DNA of 64,000 nt, taken from the NCBI GenBank assembly GCA_964016885.1, contig OZ024741.1, positions 78,058,001-78,122,000 of the forward strand. The letters are read 5' to 3'. The notes under the pieces were generated by a model. It was given only the letters and a program-made list of their open reading frames with translations, searched no databases and was not told the origin of the DNA. The stretch comes from Eledone cirrhosa (Eukaryota). A program made the translations under genes and the position numbers. Position 1 is the first letter of the stretch, and the number at the start of each line of letters is the position of its first letter. Positions 13,046-25,566 of this stretch are shown here, one piece after another.

Positions 13046-13100
13046 ACATCTAAAGAGTCCTTTCAACCCTTTGTTTGACAAGCTTTCTTCAGTTGGATGC
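13046..13100 (-). ncRNA. Degenerate hammerhead motif downstream of a Penelope-like fragment
   Basis: GCAUCCAA-CUGAAGA-AAGCUUGUCAAACAAAGGGUU-GAAA-GGAC-UC-UUUAGAUGU. The core is intact but all helices contain mismatches. Confidence 0.4.
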
Positions 13101-13689
13101 AAACAAGTGGAGAGATGCTGTGCTGAATAGGACCCGTCCAACTCTTGCAAGCATGGAAAAGCTGAGTGTGTGTATGTGGGGATACGTGTGGGTTTGTGTT
13201 TATATGTGGTGTGTGAATGTAGGTGGCATGGTTCGAAAATAATATAAGTGTTTGTTCGTGTGTATGTTCCTAAGATATTTCCATGGAGTGTGAGACAAGA
13301 TGTTGGAGATTTCGCATGTCGTAGAATGGATAGCTGGAACGATGACCGGTGGTGTGAAATCCTGGTGTGGTAGTGCGGAAGTGGAGAGATGTGGGGGTGC
13401 GCGTGCAACAGGAAGTGGTCAGAGGGTCAAGGCAGGGTGAAGAGATAGTAGTAGAGGAGGATGGCAGGTAAAGAAAGAGTCTGTATGTGGTGTGGACTGT
13501 GTGTCTGTGTGTGCAGAGATGCAGTGGACAGGGGAGAGGATGGGTAGGTGTGAAAGGTGGAGGGAGAAGGTGGTGGTGTTAGTATTATTAGTTGTGGGGT
13601 GGGCGAAGGGCGTGGAGCGGTGAAACTGAGGAGTGTGTTAGTGGTGTTAGTGGGGGGGGGGGGGGTCGAAGGCTAAAGGAATAGGGGTG

Positions 13690-13906
13690 GGGGAGTTCAG
13701 GTCGGGGAAGGGGTCTGTAGGGTGAAGATGGTGTATCGTTCGACCGTGAGGCGGGTGTCCCATGGCATTGGATCAAGCCACAGACTGTGAGGTGGTGAGG
13801 GGAATGTCCAGGGGAGCCAAAGTGGCGGGTGATGGGGGAACTCCTGCCGAGACGAATATCGCGGAGGTGCTCCGTGAACCAATCTGCCAGGCGATGTCCA
13901 GTCTGT
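13690..13906 (-). mobile_element. Penelope-like element 3' fragment (C-terminal half of GIY-YIG endonuclease)
   Basis: Manual translation QTGHRLADWFTEHLRDIR...PITRHF, then after a frameshift ERYTIFTLQTPSP. Confidence 0.7.
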
Positions 13907-13940
13907 GTATGTGCATGAATTTTTTAATCTTCTTTTCCAG

Positions 13941-13967
13941 ATAGTACTTGCTAAGATATGGAACTGA
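13941..13967 (+). CDS. Putative terminal exon (IVLAKIWN*)
   Basis: Strong acceptor ttttaatcttcttttccag, stop TGA, and AATAAA at 13991. Confidence 0.3.
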   Translation: MVLAKIWN

Positions 13968-14221
13968 TAGACATCAGGTGCTCAAAGGACAATAAAAGCT
14001 CACATATTTATTATTTTTATCAAAAATCATTATATATAGTTTTATGGAAAATTATACACTTTAGCCTGAAATTTAGAGCATTTAAAAAACAAACTGTTGT
14101 AACTTGTCTGCTTGTTCCACTATCAAGTGGGACAAACTGTAGCTAACTACTCTCTGTCATACATGTAGCACATTGGAGACATCCACATTACTAGCTACCT
14201 CTATTATTATTAAGGGTATCT

Positions 14222-14430
14222 GAGGACAGTGGATTGGCAGTAACAGTAAAGCATTAGACAACATACTTTGTAGCATATGGTTATGAGCTCAAATCCTGCT
14301 GAAGTTAATTTTTCCTTTCATCCTTACAGAGGTCGATAAAATAAAGTACCAGTAATGCACTGGGGTCAATTTAACCACCTTTCCCTTCCACTTCAATTTC
14401 TGGCCTTGTACCAAAAATAGAAACAATTAA
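14222..14430 (+). mobile_element. Diverged OK-like SINE
   Basis: GTGGATTGGCAGT...GAGCTCAAATCC...GGTCGATAAAATAAAGTACCAG...AGAAACAATT. Confidence 0.75.
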
Positions 14431-15104
14431 AGGTATCTTTCATCCCAGATTATCGGAAGACCAAAACTTGGAAGTCACTGCTACCTTTTTCTTTGAAAAA
14501 TAGGTATATCATCAGCCTCGTCACAGTTTAACATTTATTCCGTGCTTAGGTTAGACAAATTGTTACATTCTGAGGCTATACTGGTAAAGTGATTACATCT
14601 TGCTCATACATTCTATTTTGGGTTTGTTTCATATGGCTGGATGCTCTTCCTAATGCCACTTTACAGCATGTACTGGGAGCATTTTATAGTGGCACCAATA
14701 CTACCACTTTGGAGAGTTGGTTGGGTACAATTTATTCCACCTGGGTCATGGAAGTGGCCTTGAAGAGTGATGTCTGGTATTATAATTTTCCATGTTGGCA
14801 TGGGTTGGATTGGGAAAGTAAATTGAGGACGTCAGTGAAAAGGAAAGCACATTTATTGGGGGTGGAGGATCAAGGATGTGAGTGGGTGAAGTCAAAGTTA
14901 GAGGACTTAGTGAGGGAAAGGGGATTTAAGTGTGGGAAGGTGGTTGGGAGCATATTGGCTAGATATATATGTTTAACCAATTATGCTGTTGAAAGAATCA
15001 CATCAAAGCAGAGGTTTATATATATATGTATCTATGTATATATACTAGGTCAGTGGAAGGAAACTCCCTATTTAAAATTGTTAATAACTTTGTTTATAAT
15101 TGGT

Positions 15105-16492
15105 CAATTTTCAGAGGAGTTTAAGACCGGCTGCCCATGGGAACTCCTATACGCAGATGATCTAACGCTCATAGCTAAATCAATGGCTGAACTAGAGAAG
15201 AAATTCCAAACATGGAAGCATGGCCTAGAATCAAAAGGCCTTAAAGTTAACTTGTCTAAGACTAAAGTTCTAGTTTGTAGAAAGGAAAATAGGGCATAGG
15301 TGCCCTCAGGGAAATGGCCATGCTCAGTGTGTAAGAAAGGAGTAGGCAGAAATTCCATTTTATGTCCCAAATGCAAAGTATGGGTACATAAAAGATGTAG
15401 TGGGATCACAGGTAAACTATCTAAGAACGTAGATTTTATATGTGGCTGATGCTCAGGTGCAATAAGTAGCAAGTGTCCACACGATACTAGCTCCTTTTAT
15501 TGCCCAGATGGTTCTATAGAAATAGTGGACACCTTCCGTTACCTGGGTGACAAAATCAGCAGTGGTGGAGGGTGTTCTGAAAGTACAGTAGCCAGAGACA
15601 GTATGGGATGGAAAAAGTTCAGAGAGCTTATACCGCTGTTGGCCACAAAAGGTTTCTGTCTAAAAATGAAATGCAGATTGTATGATGCCTGTATACGAAC
15701 AACAATGTTACATGTCAGTGAGGCATGGGCATTGTGTGCAGAGGATCTGCGCAGACTGGAGAAGAACGAAGCATGCAAGCTCCGTTGGATGTGTAATACA
15801 TGAACGGCAAAGCATAAATGAACTAAGTGAGAAATTAGGTATAAGAGGGATCAGATGCTGTTTACTTGAGAGAAGACTACGTTGGTATGGTCACGTGACG
15901 TGCATAAAAGACGACAGTTGTATAAAAAAGTGCAGGGCGATCAAAATTGATGGAAGTTACGGGATAGGTAGACCCAGAAAAACCTGGGACGATTTGATAA
16001 ATTCCGACCTTACACACACCTCTCCAAGACAATGTCACTGGACTGAGATCTTTGGCACTATGCAGTAATACAGAAGACCCGCCTTGCCTATGTACAAAGC
16101 GAAACCTACAGTCAGTAGGCACCTCCTAACCAAATATGCACCCAATCCACTACCCTATCCTCCCACTCCCACTAACCCCTCTCTATAAAGTTGGTACCAC
16201 AACATCCAGTACAAATAAATGAGATAATAAGATCGAGATCGTGTAGGTGTCATGACAAAAAAACACACAGTCCACGCTGTAATGTGACCGTGTAGGTAAC
16301 ATGGTAAAAAGTTCCCAGTTCCACACTGTAAATGTGGTTGGTGTGAGGAAGGGCATCCAACCGTAGAAAACCTGCCAGATAGTCCTATATGAGCGAGACA
16401 CGGTCACTCGACCAGCCTTGCCTCAAGTGGGACAACTCCTGTCCAACCCATGCTAGCGTGGAAGATGGACGTTAAATGAAGATGATGATGAT
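15105..16492 (+). mobile_element. 5'-truncated degenerate RTE LINE
   Basis: EEFKTGCPWELLYADDL and downstream fragments with stops, a 3' UTR and a (GAT)n tail. Same family as 111-1735, opposite orientation. Confidence 0.92.
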
Positions 16493-17759
16493 ATTATCCC
16501 ATGTGGTCACAGTAAGCCAAAAGTTATAAGTAATTTTCAATAGGAAGTTTCTTTCCATTCACCCTATATACTCAAATACCTGTTTGTGATATTGACAGAC
16601 AAGAGTCTTGTCTGATGATCCTGTAAGTACACAGGTGAAATTTCAGGATAACAAGGCTCATAACTTAGCCACAATAATGAATGTGTGTGTAAAATTATCA
16701 GCATTTTCATTTTATATCAGTTTTCTATGCTTGGATCAGTTGACATATCAGTTGACAATCCAAAACTAAATAGATCAAAGAACCATTTTTTGCTCATAAA
16801 TTGCATTTTTGGCATGATTTTTATGGCTCAAAGTACTGGGTGCATGTTATCGTGGTTCTCAAATTAGAGAAGTTGTGGGTATTGTGTTTTTTTAATACAT
16901 AACAAAAAAGTTATTCTCATTTTTAAATAGATATTTGTATTTTTTTAAACTAGAGAATGTAGATTGAATATCAATTTACAGCTCATTGTCACATCATCCT
17001 TATTAGTTCCTGACCAACAGGATGCAGAAGACATTGCTCTGGAGGATGATGAGGTAAATGTGCTGGAACAGCCACTTCACCTCATGGGGCTCACACTTGA
17101 GGGTAGCAAACTCTACCCTGATAACAGTGAGTAAAGATAAGGTCTGGAGGCTAAGAATGCCAGAAGTCTCCAATTCCACAGGCTTAACCACTAGCATATC
17201 CGAGAGCAGCCGAAAGGCTAAAAGGGTCATCTCAGCCTTATGTTCTCTGTTTAAATGCCAACCACTTTATATGGTATTCTGGGTGCATTTTTCATGGCTC
17301 CAACATTAGTGAGTTTCTCTTGAATATTACAAGACTGAGGGGGTACTCACTACTTGGCATTAATTCCATTCATTCTAAACAAACAACCAGGAGGATGAAT
17401 AGAAGAGAAAGCATGAGAAAAGTACCAAGGTGGGTAGGCAGAGAAGTTTGAGAGCATGGTGGTAAGAGCAGAGTGTGAGACAAACCGAATTGGATTGAGT
17501 GGGTGGCAAAGTGGTTGTAGGAGAAGAGATATTGAGTAATAGAAAAGCAACAGTAATACAAGAAGGGAGTGACAGAATGATAGAAGAGATAATACCGGAG
17601 GAAATAATGAGAGCTACATGTTTGCTGGTGTGGGAGAAATTGATGTGTCTGGAAGGGTCTTCAGGAGAGGGAGTAATAGCTGGGGGCATATTGAGGGTGA
17701 TGATATGATGTATGGGGTATAAATAGATGATACATCCGTCATATGTAACCACCTTGATA

Positions 17760-19395
17760 AAGGAAAGAAGTAGACTGATGAGGTTAATGGCAATGAGGTG
17801 AAATTTAATTCAGACAAGACTAAAACAGCTCTTGTTATGTGGGTGGAATGGTGCAGTATGAAATACTGCAATTTTATGAGTTATCAGAACATATCTCAAC
17901 AGTTCCTCAGCATAACCTCTTGCTGGTTTGTAGAGATTTCAATTCTCATATTACCAATTTCCACTCCTTACATCAAGCCAGAATTGGGATCTACCTTCAA
18001 AGTTTCCTTAATGAACATAACCTAATTGCTTTTAATACTAGTTTTCAAAAATGTCCAAATTGTCTACGGACTTGGAGATCACCTAATCTTGGTCTTTATC
18101 AAATTGATTATATTCTCTGCAGAAAGAAATGGTGCAGAAACACCCCCCAAACTCCAAACTATCTTACTGCACTTTTGTAATGGGACCTTTAATGGAAACC
18201 AACTAAGAATAAGATATTTTCCATGATAGTACTTATTCCCAAGAAAGGTGATTTTAGGAAACCCAACTATTATTGTGAAATAAGTCTGACACAGGTGGCT
18301 GCCAAAATTTATAATTACCTTATCTTGAACAGGCTTTGAACAGAAATAAAAAAAAAACCTACACCCAAACCAAAATGGATTTAAATGCTCTAGATCTAAA
18401 TCATCACAGATTATGGTTCTCTGACGTTTAATTGAAGAAGAAATCATCAAAAAAAGAAGCTGACTTTTATAGATTTTTGAAAAGTTTTGATAGCATTAAT
18501 CATGAATGTATATTTGAAATTCTACCTGCCTATGATATTCCTCTCAAACTCGTTAATGGAATCAGGATCTTGTAAGAAAACAATCTGGTTATGGTAATGA
18601 CAGAACAAGGAGAAACTGACTTCTTTCAAATAGTCACAGGTGTACTTCAAGGTGATTTCCTTTCACCATATTTATTTATCATCGTACTTGATTATGCATT
18701 ATGTGTTGACATAATTTTGATGGCTTTACCCTTCAAAAGCATAGAAGCATGAAACACCTGGCAGATACATAACCATCAACTCAGATCAAGTAACAAACAT
18801 CAAATCATTAAGCAATACTGTTCTCCAAAATGTAGATGATTTCAAATACCTTGGTGTATACACCAACTTGTCAAATGATATAAAAAACAGGATATCATAA
18901 GTATGGCCTGCTGTGAACTCACTACATAAGGTGTGGAAATCTTATGTAACCACAAAAACAAAAGTTAGATTATTCAAAGCTACAATGGAATCAATTTTAC
19001 TGTTTTCCTGTGAATTATGGTTGGTGACAATACCTATCACCAGTTTTAGATGGTTGCTACACCTGAATGCTAAGAAGAATAAAAAAATATCTAACTTTTC
19101 AACTCTGTTACAAAATTCTCTATGGCCCATTAGCCATACCATCTGTGTCAAGCATCTTCAACTTGGAGGTCATGTCATGAGAGGCAACAAACCTGCTACA
19201 AAACTTTTACTATGGGAGCCCACTAATGTAAAATGTAAATGTGGAAGACTTTTCAAAGCATTGAAAAAAGAATCATTGAAGAAGATACAGAATTATCTGG
19301 TGGAGAACTGAGGCAGTTAATGTTGGATTGTGTGAGATGGAAAGTTTTTATCATGTCACCACAAAGAAGTGGATGGATTTAGTAGTAGTATTAGT
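17760..19395 (+). mobile_element. Old, decayed non-LTR retrotransposon of a different family (endonuclease and RT remnants)
   Basis: YQIDYILCRKKW at ~18.1 kb, GVLQGDFLSPYLFIIVLDY at ~18640, LQLGGHVMR...LLLWEP, and a (TAG)n tail near 19380. Confidence 0.75.
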
Positions 19396-19563
19396 ATGGT
19401 GCAGTATGGGAGTGGGTGAGCATCAAACAGATCTAATACCATTCCTGGTTTCAAGGGCAGTATGGTACAATGGATATGGTGGATTGTGAATCAAAGTGAA
19501 GATGTGAGGGAAGGGAATGGAGATTTAAGAGGGACATATTGGGTGGGAGACCTAATATATATA

Positions 19564-20217
19564 CAGTGAATCTTCGCTTATCCGGACGGTCAAAACCAAA
19601 CTGTTAGAAAAAGATCCGGTTAAGTGAAATATCCGGATAAGTGAATTCTAAAATCCCATTGTTACATAATGCTCGTGGTTTCTAATGTTTTGGCTTCTTT
19701 TAGTCAAAATAAAAGACAAATGCTAAGTAAAGAAAGTTTATTAGAATAACAAAAGAACAGCTAGAATTTATAAGAAAATCAATTAAACAAACATAAGAAT
19801 AACTAAAAGCTTGGTAAAACTGAATTGAGTCAAACCATAAAAAGTTAGTACTTTTATAAAAATGAATAAATAGAAGATTGTTTTCGCACCGAAGCTCGTC
19901 GTTCCGCTACCATTTCCGCGCAACAGCTGAACGGTCAACCACCTCCCTCATGTTTATCGCACGTAAAAATAGAATCATTCCCGTGTCCCCTTTTCCGATC
20001 AAATCCCGCAGCAATTGTTTTCTGTAAATCTGCTTTAGTGTCTCCAACTCCCTGGTCCATTGGCTGAATAAGTGACGTAACGTTCGCCGGAAGAAATGCT
20101 GCCTGAATCTGTCCGTCTGCCAAAATCAAGTCCTCCTCATCTGGAGGTAGTATAGTAATAGCCGTCTGGTAAATCGAATTTCAGAAAAGCGATATCCGGA
20201 TAAGCGAAGATGCACTG
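19564..20217 (-). mobile_element. Internally deleted pogo/Tigger-like DNA transposon
   Basis: TIRs CAGTGAATCTTCGCTTATCCGGA / TCCGGATAAGCGAAGATGCACTG with TA on both sides. Residual transposase motif FLPANVTSLIQPMDQGV in ORF 19935-20129. Confidence 0.9.
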
Positions 20218-20269
20218 TATATATATATCCCAGCCTCCAACATTACTGCCACTTTAACATTAATTTTCC

Positions 20270-20830
20270 CCCGTCAGTACAAGAGAGCAGGTCTTTTCCA
20301 GAACATCATGGTCGTTTGTCATCTCTGTTGTGAGATTTGGCTTCTCTCTTCAGGTTTCGTCCACTTTGAGTGCCTTGTACAGCTGTCAAACTCCACATGC
20401 ATCCTATGTCAGTATCAGTACACTATTCTTGCATGCTATATCTGAATCCTTTTGTACACAGTTTTTCTCTCAGCTCTTTAAAGCTTTGTCATTAACAGAC
20501 ACTACTGTTACACATTCACTGGAGCATGCTCACTTCATTTCTTTCCAGCCTTCATGGCCCATGTTTCACTACCATGCAGCATAACATTTTGTACACAAGC
20601 ATCATAAAATCTGTCATTTACTCTGAAACTCTTTCTTGCCAGCAAAGGTAATATCTTCATGAACTTTTTCCAACTGATTGTTACTCTAGCTAAAACACTT
20701 AAAACATTTACCTTCATTACTAATTAGGTCACATAAGTAACAAAACCTGTCAACTATTTCAAGTTGATAGAACCTATTTTATGTATGTTTATGCTGCTCA
20801 TTGCTCATGTGCATCTGCCACACATAGTCT
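20270..20830 (-). mobile_element. Highly decayed RTE 3' fragment
   Basis: ORF 20535-20717 contains FYDACVQNVMLHGSETW. Confidence 0.75.
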
Positions 20831-21499
20831 ACATTCTATATGTGTGTGTTTATAATATATATATATATATATATATGTTGCCTGTTATTTAAATGAAAGT
20901 GCATCTGAGTGTCATACACAAGTTGATGATAAAGATGTTTTTGTTTGTTTGCATACATGATATATTTGTCTGTATCTATTTTGCCTGTATTGCCTCTATT
21001 TATATTGTCTTATAGTGCAATTGTTCTGGTACACATTATATATGTGTTTATGTGTGTGTGTAATTATATATATATCATTATAATAAAACACATGATCAAG
21101 TGACAACCACTTTGTGGTAGTAGAATTATCTAGGGTGTGGTAATGCATAGTGTTGACAAAACATCTATCAACCCATCTCATGAGAACAACATATATATGT
21201 GTGTGTGTGTGACTTTGTTTACAACAACTTTCTAGATAGTGGTATCCCAAAAACCTATGTATGCATCTATCTTTGGATAATAGAACCAACATATATCTGT
21301 ATACATAATTTTCTCTCTATCTACCAATCTGTTTATTTTTCTACCTATCTATTTATGCATATTTAACAATGTATTTATTTTCGGTCAAGAACCACAATAA
21401 CAAGAACAAGAACAAAGCATGAATCCCAACAGCATTCTGAAGACAAATAGATATATACATAAGTAGAAAAAGTTCATCAGAATTTAGTGGATATATTTG

Positions 21500-21601
21500 A
21501 TAATTGTTTCTACTTTAGGCACATGGCCAGCGTTACTGGTACTTTATTTTATCGACCCCGTAAGGATGAAAGGCAAAGTAAACCTTAGCGGGATTTGAAC
21601 T
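21500..21601 (-). mobile_element. OK-like SINE 3' half fused to an RTE copy
   Basis: GAGTTCAAATCCCGC...GTAGAAACAATT directly abuts the RTE (ATG)n tail. Confidence 0.85.
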
Positions 21602-22886
21602 CATCATCATCATCATTTTACGTCCGCTTTTCCCTGCTTGCAAGGGTGGGACGGGTCTTATTCAGCACAGCATCTCTCCACTCGTCACGGTCCCTCGTCA
21701 TCTCCACCGTGAGCTTCAATGATCTGAGGTCTGTTCTCACCACCTCCGCCCATGTTTTTCGTGGTCTACCTCTACCACGTCTTCCTTCAACTGGCATTTC
21801 CTGGCACTTCTTCACCCATCGGTCATCCTCCATGCGCATCACATGTCCATACCACCTCAGTCTCCTCTCCCGTACACTACATTCTATCCCTTTCAGACAC
21901 AGTTTCTCTCTCAACACATTTATGCTGGGTCGTTCACGCACATTTACACTGCACATCCAACGGAGCATGCTTGCCTCATTTCTCTCCAGCCATCGCATAA
22001 CCTCTGCGGTTGCTGCCCATGTCTCACTACCATGCAGCATCGCGCTCCTCACACAGGCATCATACAACCGGCCTTTCGTACGCAGGGAGAAACCCTTCTT
22101 CGTCAACAGAGGAAGCAGCTCCCTAAACTTCTTCCAACCCGTCCTTATTCTAGATACTATGGCCTCGGAACACCCTCCTCCCATGCTAATCTGATCTCCT
22201 AGGTACCGGAAGCTATCCACCACTTCTATAGCGCCCTCTCGCATTTGAAAAATGTGTCTATCAGTGCGACTTCTACTGTCTAATTTCCCTGTACATCTAC
22301 TGCATACATATTTCTCCCTACCTGTTAGTTTTCCTGCTATCCCGCTACATCTCTTGTGTACCCAGGACCTGCATTGTGTGCATTTTATAGAATTTATGCC
22401 AGTTCCTTTTCTGCATATCGAACATGGCCATTTCCCTGACGGAATCAGGGTTTTGTCCTCTTTTCTACTCATCAACACTTTTGTCTTAGCTAGATTTACT
22501 CTCAGTCCTCTTGCTTCCAACTGCTGTTTCCATAGCCGGAATTTATTCTCTAGCTCCTCTACTGATTCTGCTATAAGAGCCAGATCGTCAGCATAGAGAA
22601 GTTCCCATGGACAGCCAGTCTTAAACTCCTCTGTTATGGCTTGGAGGACTATAATGAACAAGAGCGGGCTGAGGACCGAACCCTGATGTACTCCTACTTG
22701 TATCTGGAATTCCTCACTAAACTCCATTCCTACCCTGACTTTTCTGAGAGTACCTCTGTACAAAGTTTGCACTGTCCTCACAAGCCATTCCTCAACACCT
22801 AGCTTCCTTAGGGACCACCAGATGACAGATCGGGGTACCCTATCAAAGGCCTTCTCTAGGTCAACAAAGGCTAAGTATAGTGGCTC
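21601..22886 (-). mobile_element. Young 5'-truncated RTE LINE with uninterrupted ORF and very short 3' UTR
   Basis: ORF 21618-22781 has LLYADDL, the PHD-like finger and RLRWYGHV. The stop is followed almost at once by (ATG)n. Confidence 0.95.
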
Positions 22887-23862
22887 AATATTTGATAATG
22901 CTTAAAGAAAATATGGAAAACAAATTATTGTAATTTATTTAAATTTATGTAAAATGAAATACAGCGATGGTCAGTGTGGCTAGAGGGAGAAGGTAAAGGA
23001 AAACTCATTTATTTACTATAAACCCTGTCATTTTTGACAGGTACTATCTTAGTGTATATCATCAACAAATATGTTTAATGTATGGCGTATGTGTATATGT
23101 GCATGTTTCTTTATACAGTACTTTGTTAAACGTGCAACTTATGCTTCTGTACAGCTTTTTGTCAGCTATTGCAATTATAAACAGAGAAAGAACAGAAATG
23201 AGAATTGTCCAGTAGACGAGAGGTGTATTGCTGAGAAGAAAAAGAAGATGAACCATGAATTGTAGAAGGTGATGGGAATAGAGCCAGAGATGAATTTTGT
23301 GAAAAGAAATGATAGTTGGGACGTGTTGAGAAAGGATGAAAGTGATTGGGTGAGAGGAATGATGGAAAGATGTGGAAGAAGATTTAGAATGACATGGTTA
23401 AAGATAATGAAGGAGAAAAAGAAAGCTGATGAAGGAGAATGTAGATGATGGTGGGAAAATGGAAAGTCTGTCAGAGTTTACAAGGCTAACCCCAATTTTA
23501 ACAGGGAAGGCCTTAAAACGCTTGTATTGCAATTGTTAGTCTATAGCAATGTTTATTTGCATGTGCCAACACTGTACATGGGGAGGCTACTCGAGATGAA
23601 CCCATTATAGATACATAACTACTGAGCCAACTTCTTTTATTTGAATGCCATTTACTCATATCTTTTCTCTCACCTTCTCATAAGGCATCATATTTGTTTA
23701 CTATCGCAGTGCTTCACAAAAAGATAGACAGATAAATAGTCTTGAACTATATGTAGTATTTTAACTGAGTACTGTATAAAAAAACATTTTAACACTTTGC
23801 ACAAAATTGAGTTCTTTCTCCCTCTTTCGATATTTGTTATCGAAACAGTTGCAGTATATATA

Positions 23863-24091
23863 TCATTCCTTCCATTTTGTATCAAAAAACCAAAATATCG
23901 CAAACAATAAACCACTAGGTTTAGGTTCAGATTCATCCATCACAAAGGCTTTAGCATTTTTCACAGGGACTTCTAAAAGTTCAATCATCTCGCCTTCTTC
24001 TGGAATCCCTCCACCTTTGCTGACCTTCATTATGTCATCGATCTCAGCATAATAAAATGTAGCGAGTGAACCTGTTGTGCTGACGCCACCT
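23863..24091 (-). CDS. NUDT14: NUDT14-like UDP-glucose/ADP-ribose pyrophosphatase, last coding exon
   Basis: Acceptor ttctctatttcag. Translation GGVSTTGSLATFYYAEIDD...GGGIPEEGEMIELLEVP...GLLFAIFWFFDTKWKE* matches the NUDT14 C-terminus as I recall it. Phase is consistent with the previous exon. Confidence 0.92.
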
Positions 24092-24226
24092 CTGAAATAG
24101 AGAAAAAGAACTTCAAATGATTATAGTGGTTGCAGAAATTTATCAATATGTATAAATGTATATTTGTATGTATATATATATATATGTATGTAAAAGGTAA
24201 ATAGAAATAACAACGCAATCGGTACA

Positions 24227-24267
<41 letters not shown>

Positions 24268-25472
24268 TTCTTTGTTCACAAAGGAATGTAATCTCCATTA
24301 TCAGAAGTTGTATGTATGTTTTGTCAACAATTTCTATAAATATAAACTTTCCTGGTCACTTCAAATGAATGAAACAATTCTAGTCATACAGAAGTCATTT
24401 CTAAATTAAATAAATTTGTACCTTCCTTTGTATTGAGTACCTTATTTAACTGCAGACATTTTCTGTTCCTCTTTGGAAAACCATTTTCATATTCGCCAAC
24501 ACTATACCTGATATCACCCCCTCCATACACATGCACACATGTATTTCATGACCCATACACTGTTCATTTTCCTGACATTTGTCCATTATTCTATGTACTA
24601 TACATGCGCCTTTGACGAGTTGTAGTGCACCTGAGCACTGTACACAATAATTTCATTATTATATATTATTCTCATCACCATTTAATGTCCATTTTTCCAC
24701 ACTAACATGGGTTAGACAAGTTTTCCTGCTGTTAGAAATGATGGGTCAGGTAAACATGACTTACTCATTCAGAACTGATTTGAGCTTGGTTTCTACAGCT
24801 GGATGCCCTTCCTAACGCCAACCACATTTACAGTGTGTACTGGATGCTTTTTGGTGCGACACGTACATGACCACTTTACAGAGTGGGCTCAGTGCTTTTT
24901 GTTGTGCCACCTATACAACCACTTTATTGTGTGGGCTGGGTGTTTTTTGTCGTGTCGCCATCACAACCACTTTACTGTGTGAGCTGGCTGCTTTTCGTTG
25001 TAAGGATGCCTCCACCTCAAAACCCAACTGCTTGCTAAGTGAAAATACTCAACAAATTCAACTAATTTTCAACCACCTTAATATTGATTTATATACTTTC
25101 TTAATCTTTTCTCTTACATAATACAGTACACCTTCTATACTACTCCACCCCATACCTTAATAAATATTACCATCTCTATATTACATCCCACCGCATAATA
25201 CCAAACATCTGCTATCGTGCACGAATACTACACGTGCACCACTGCTTTGCTATTTCAAATTTGCATCTTTGAGTTATTTCCGTTTGTTTTAATACGTTTT
25301 TTGTAAAATAGCATTTTAGTGCGCTATACTTTTAACGGTATCTTCAAACTTGTTTAAGCGCCTCAAGATTAGGTCACAATTTTGATCTTGCTTACAATCT
25401 GGAGATATGTTCAACATTGGGCCTTGAAACCTTAGATATTGCTTTTGTTCCGTGTATGAACATTAATTAATA

Positions 25473-25512
<40 letters not shown>

Positions 25513-25566
25513 CGTTTCTGAATTTGTTTAACAAGATTCTTTATCTGAAATCGTGTGTTGAAACCG

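Noticed and set aside
17000-17760. Overlapping ORFs on both strands
   Set aside because: Probably a decayed LINE fragment on the minus strand, but there is no diagnostic motif to support a call.
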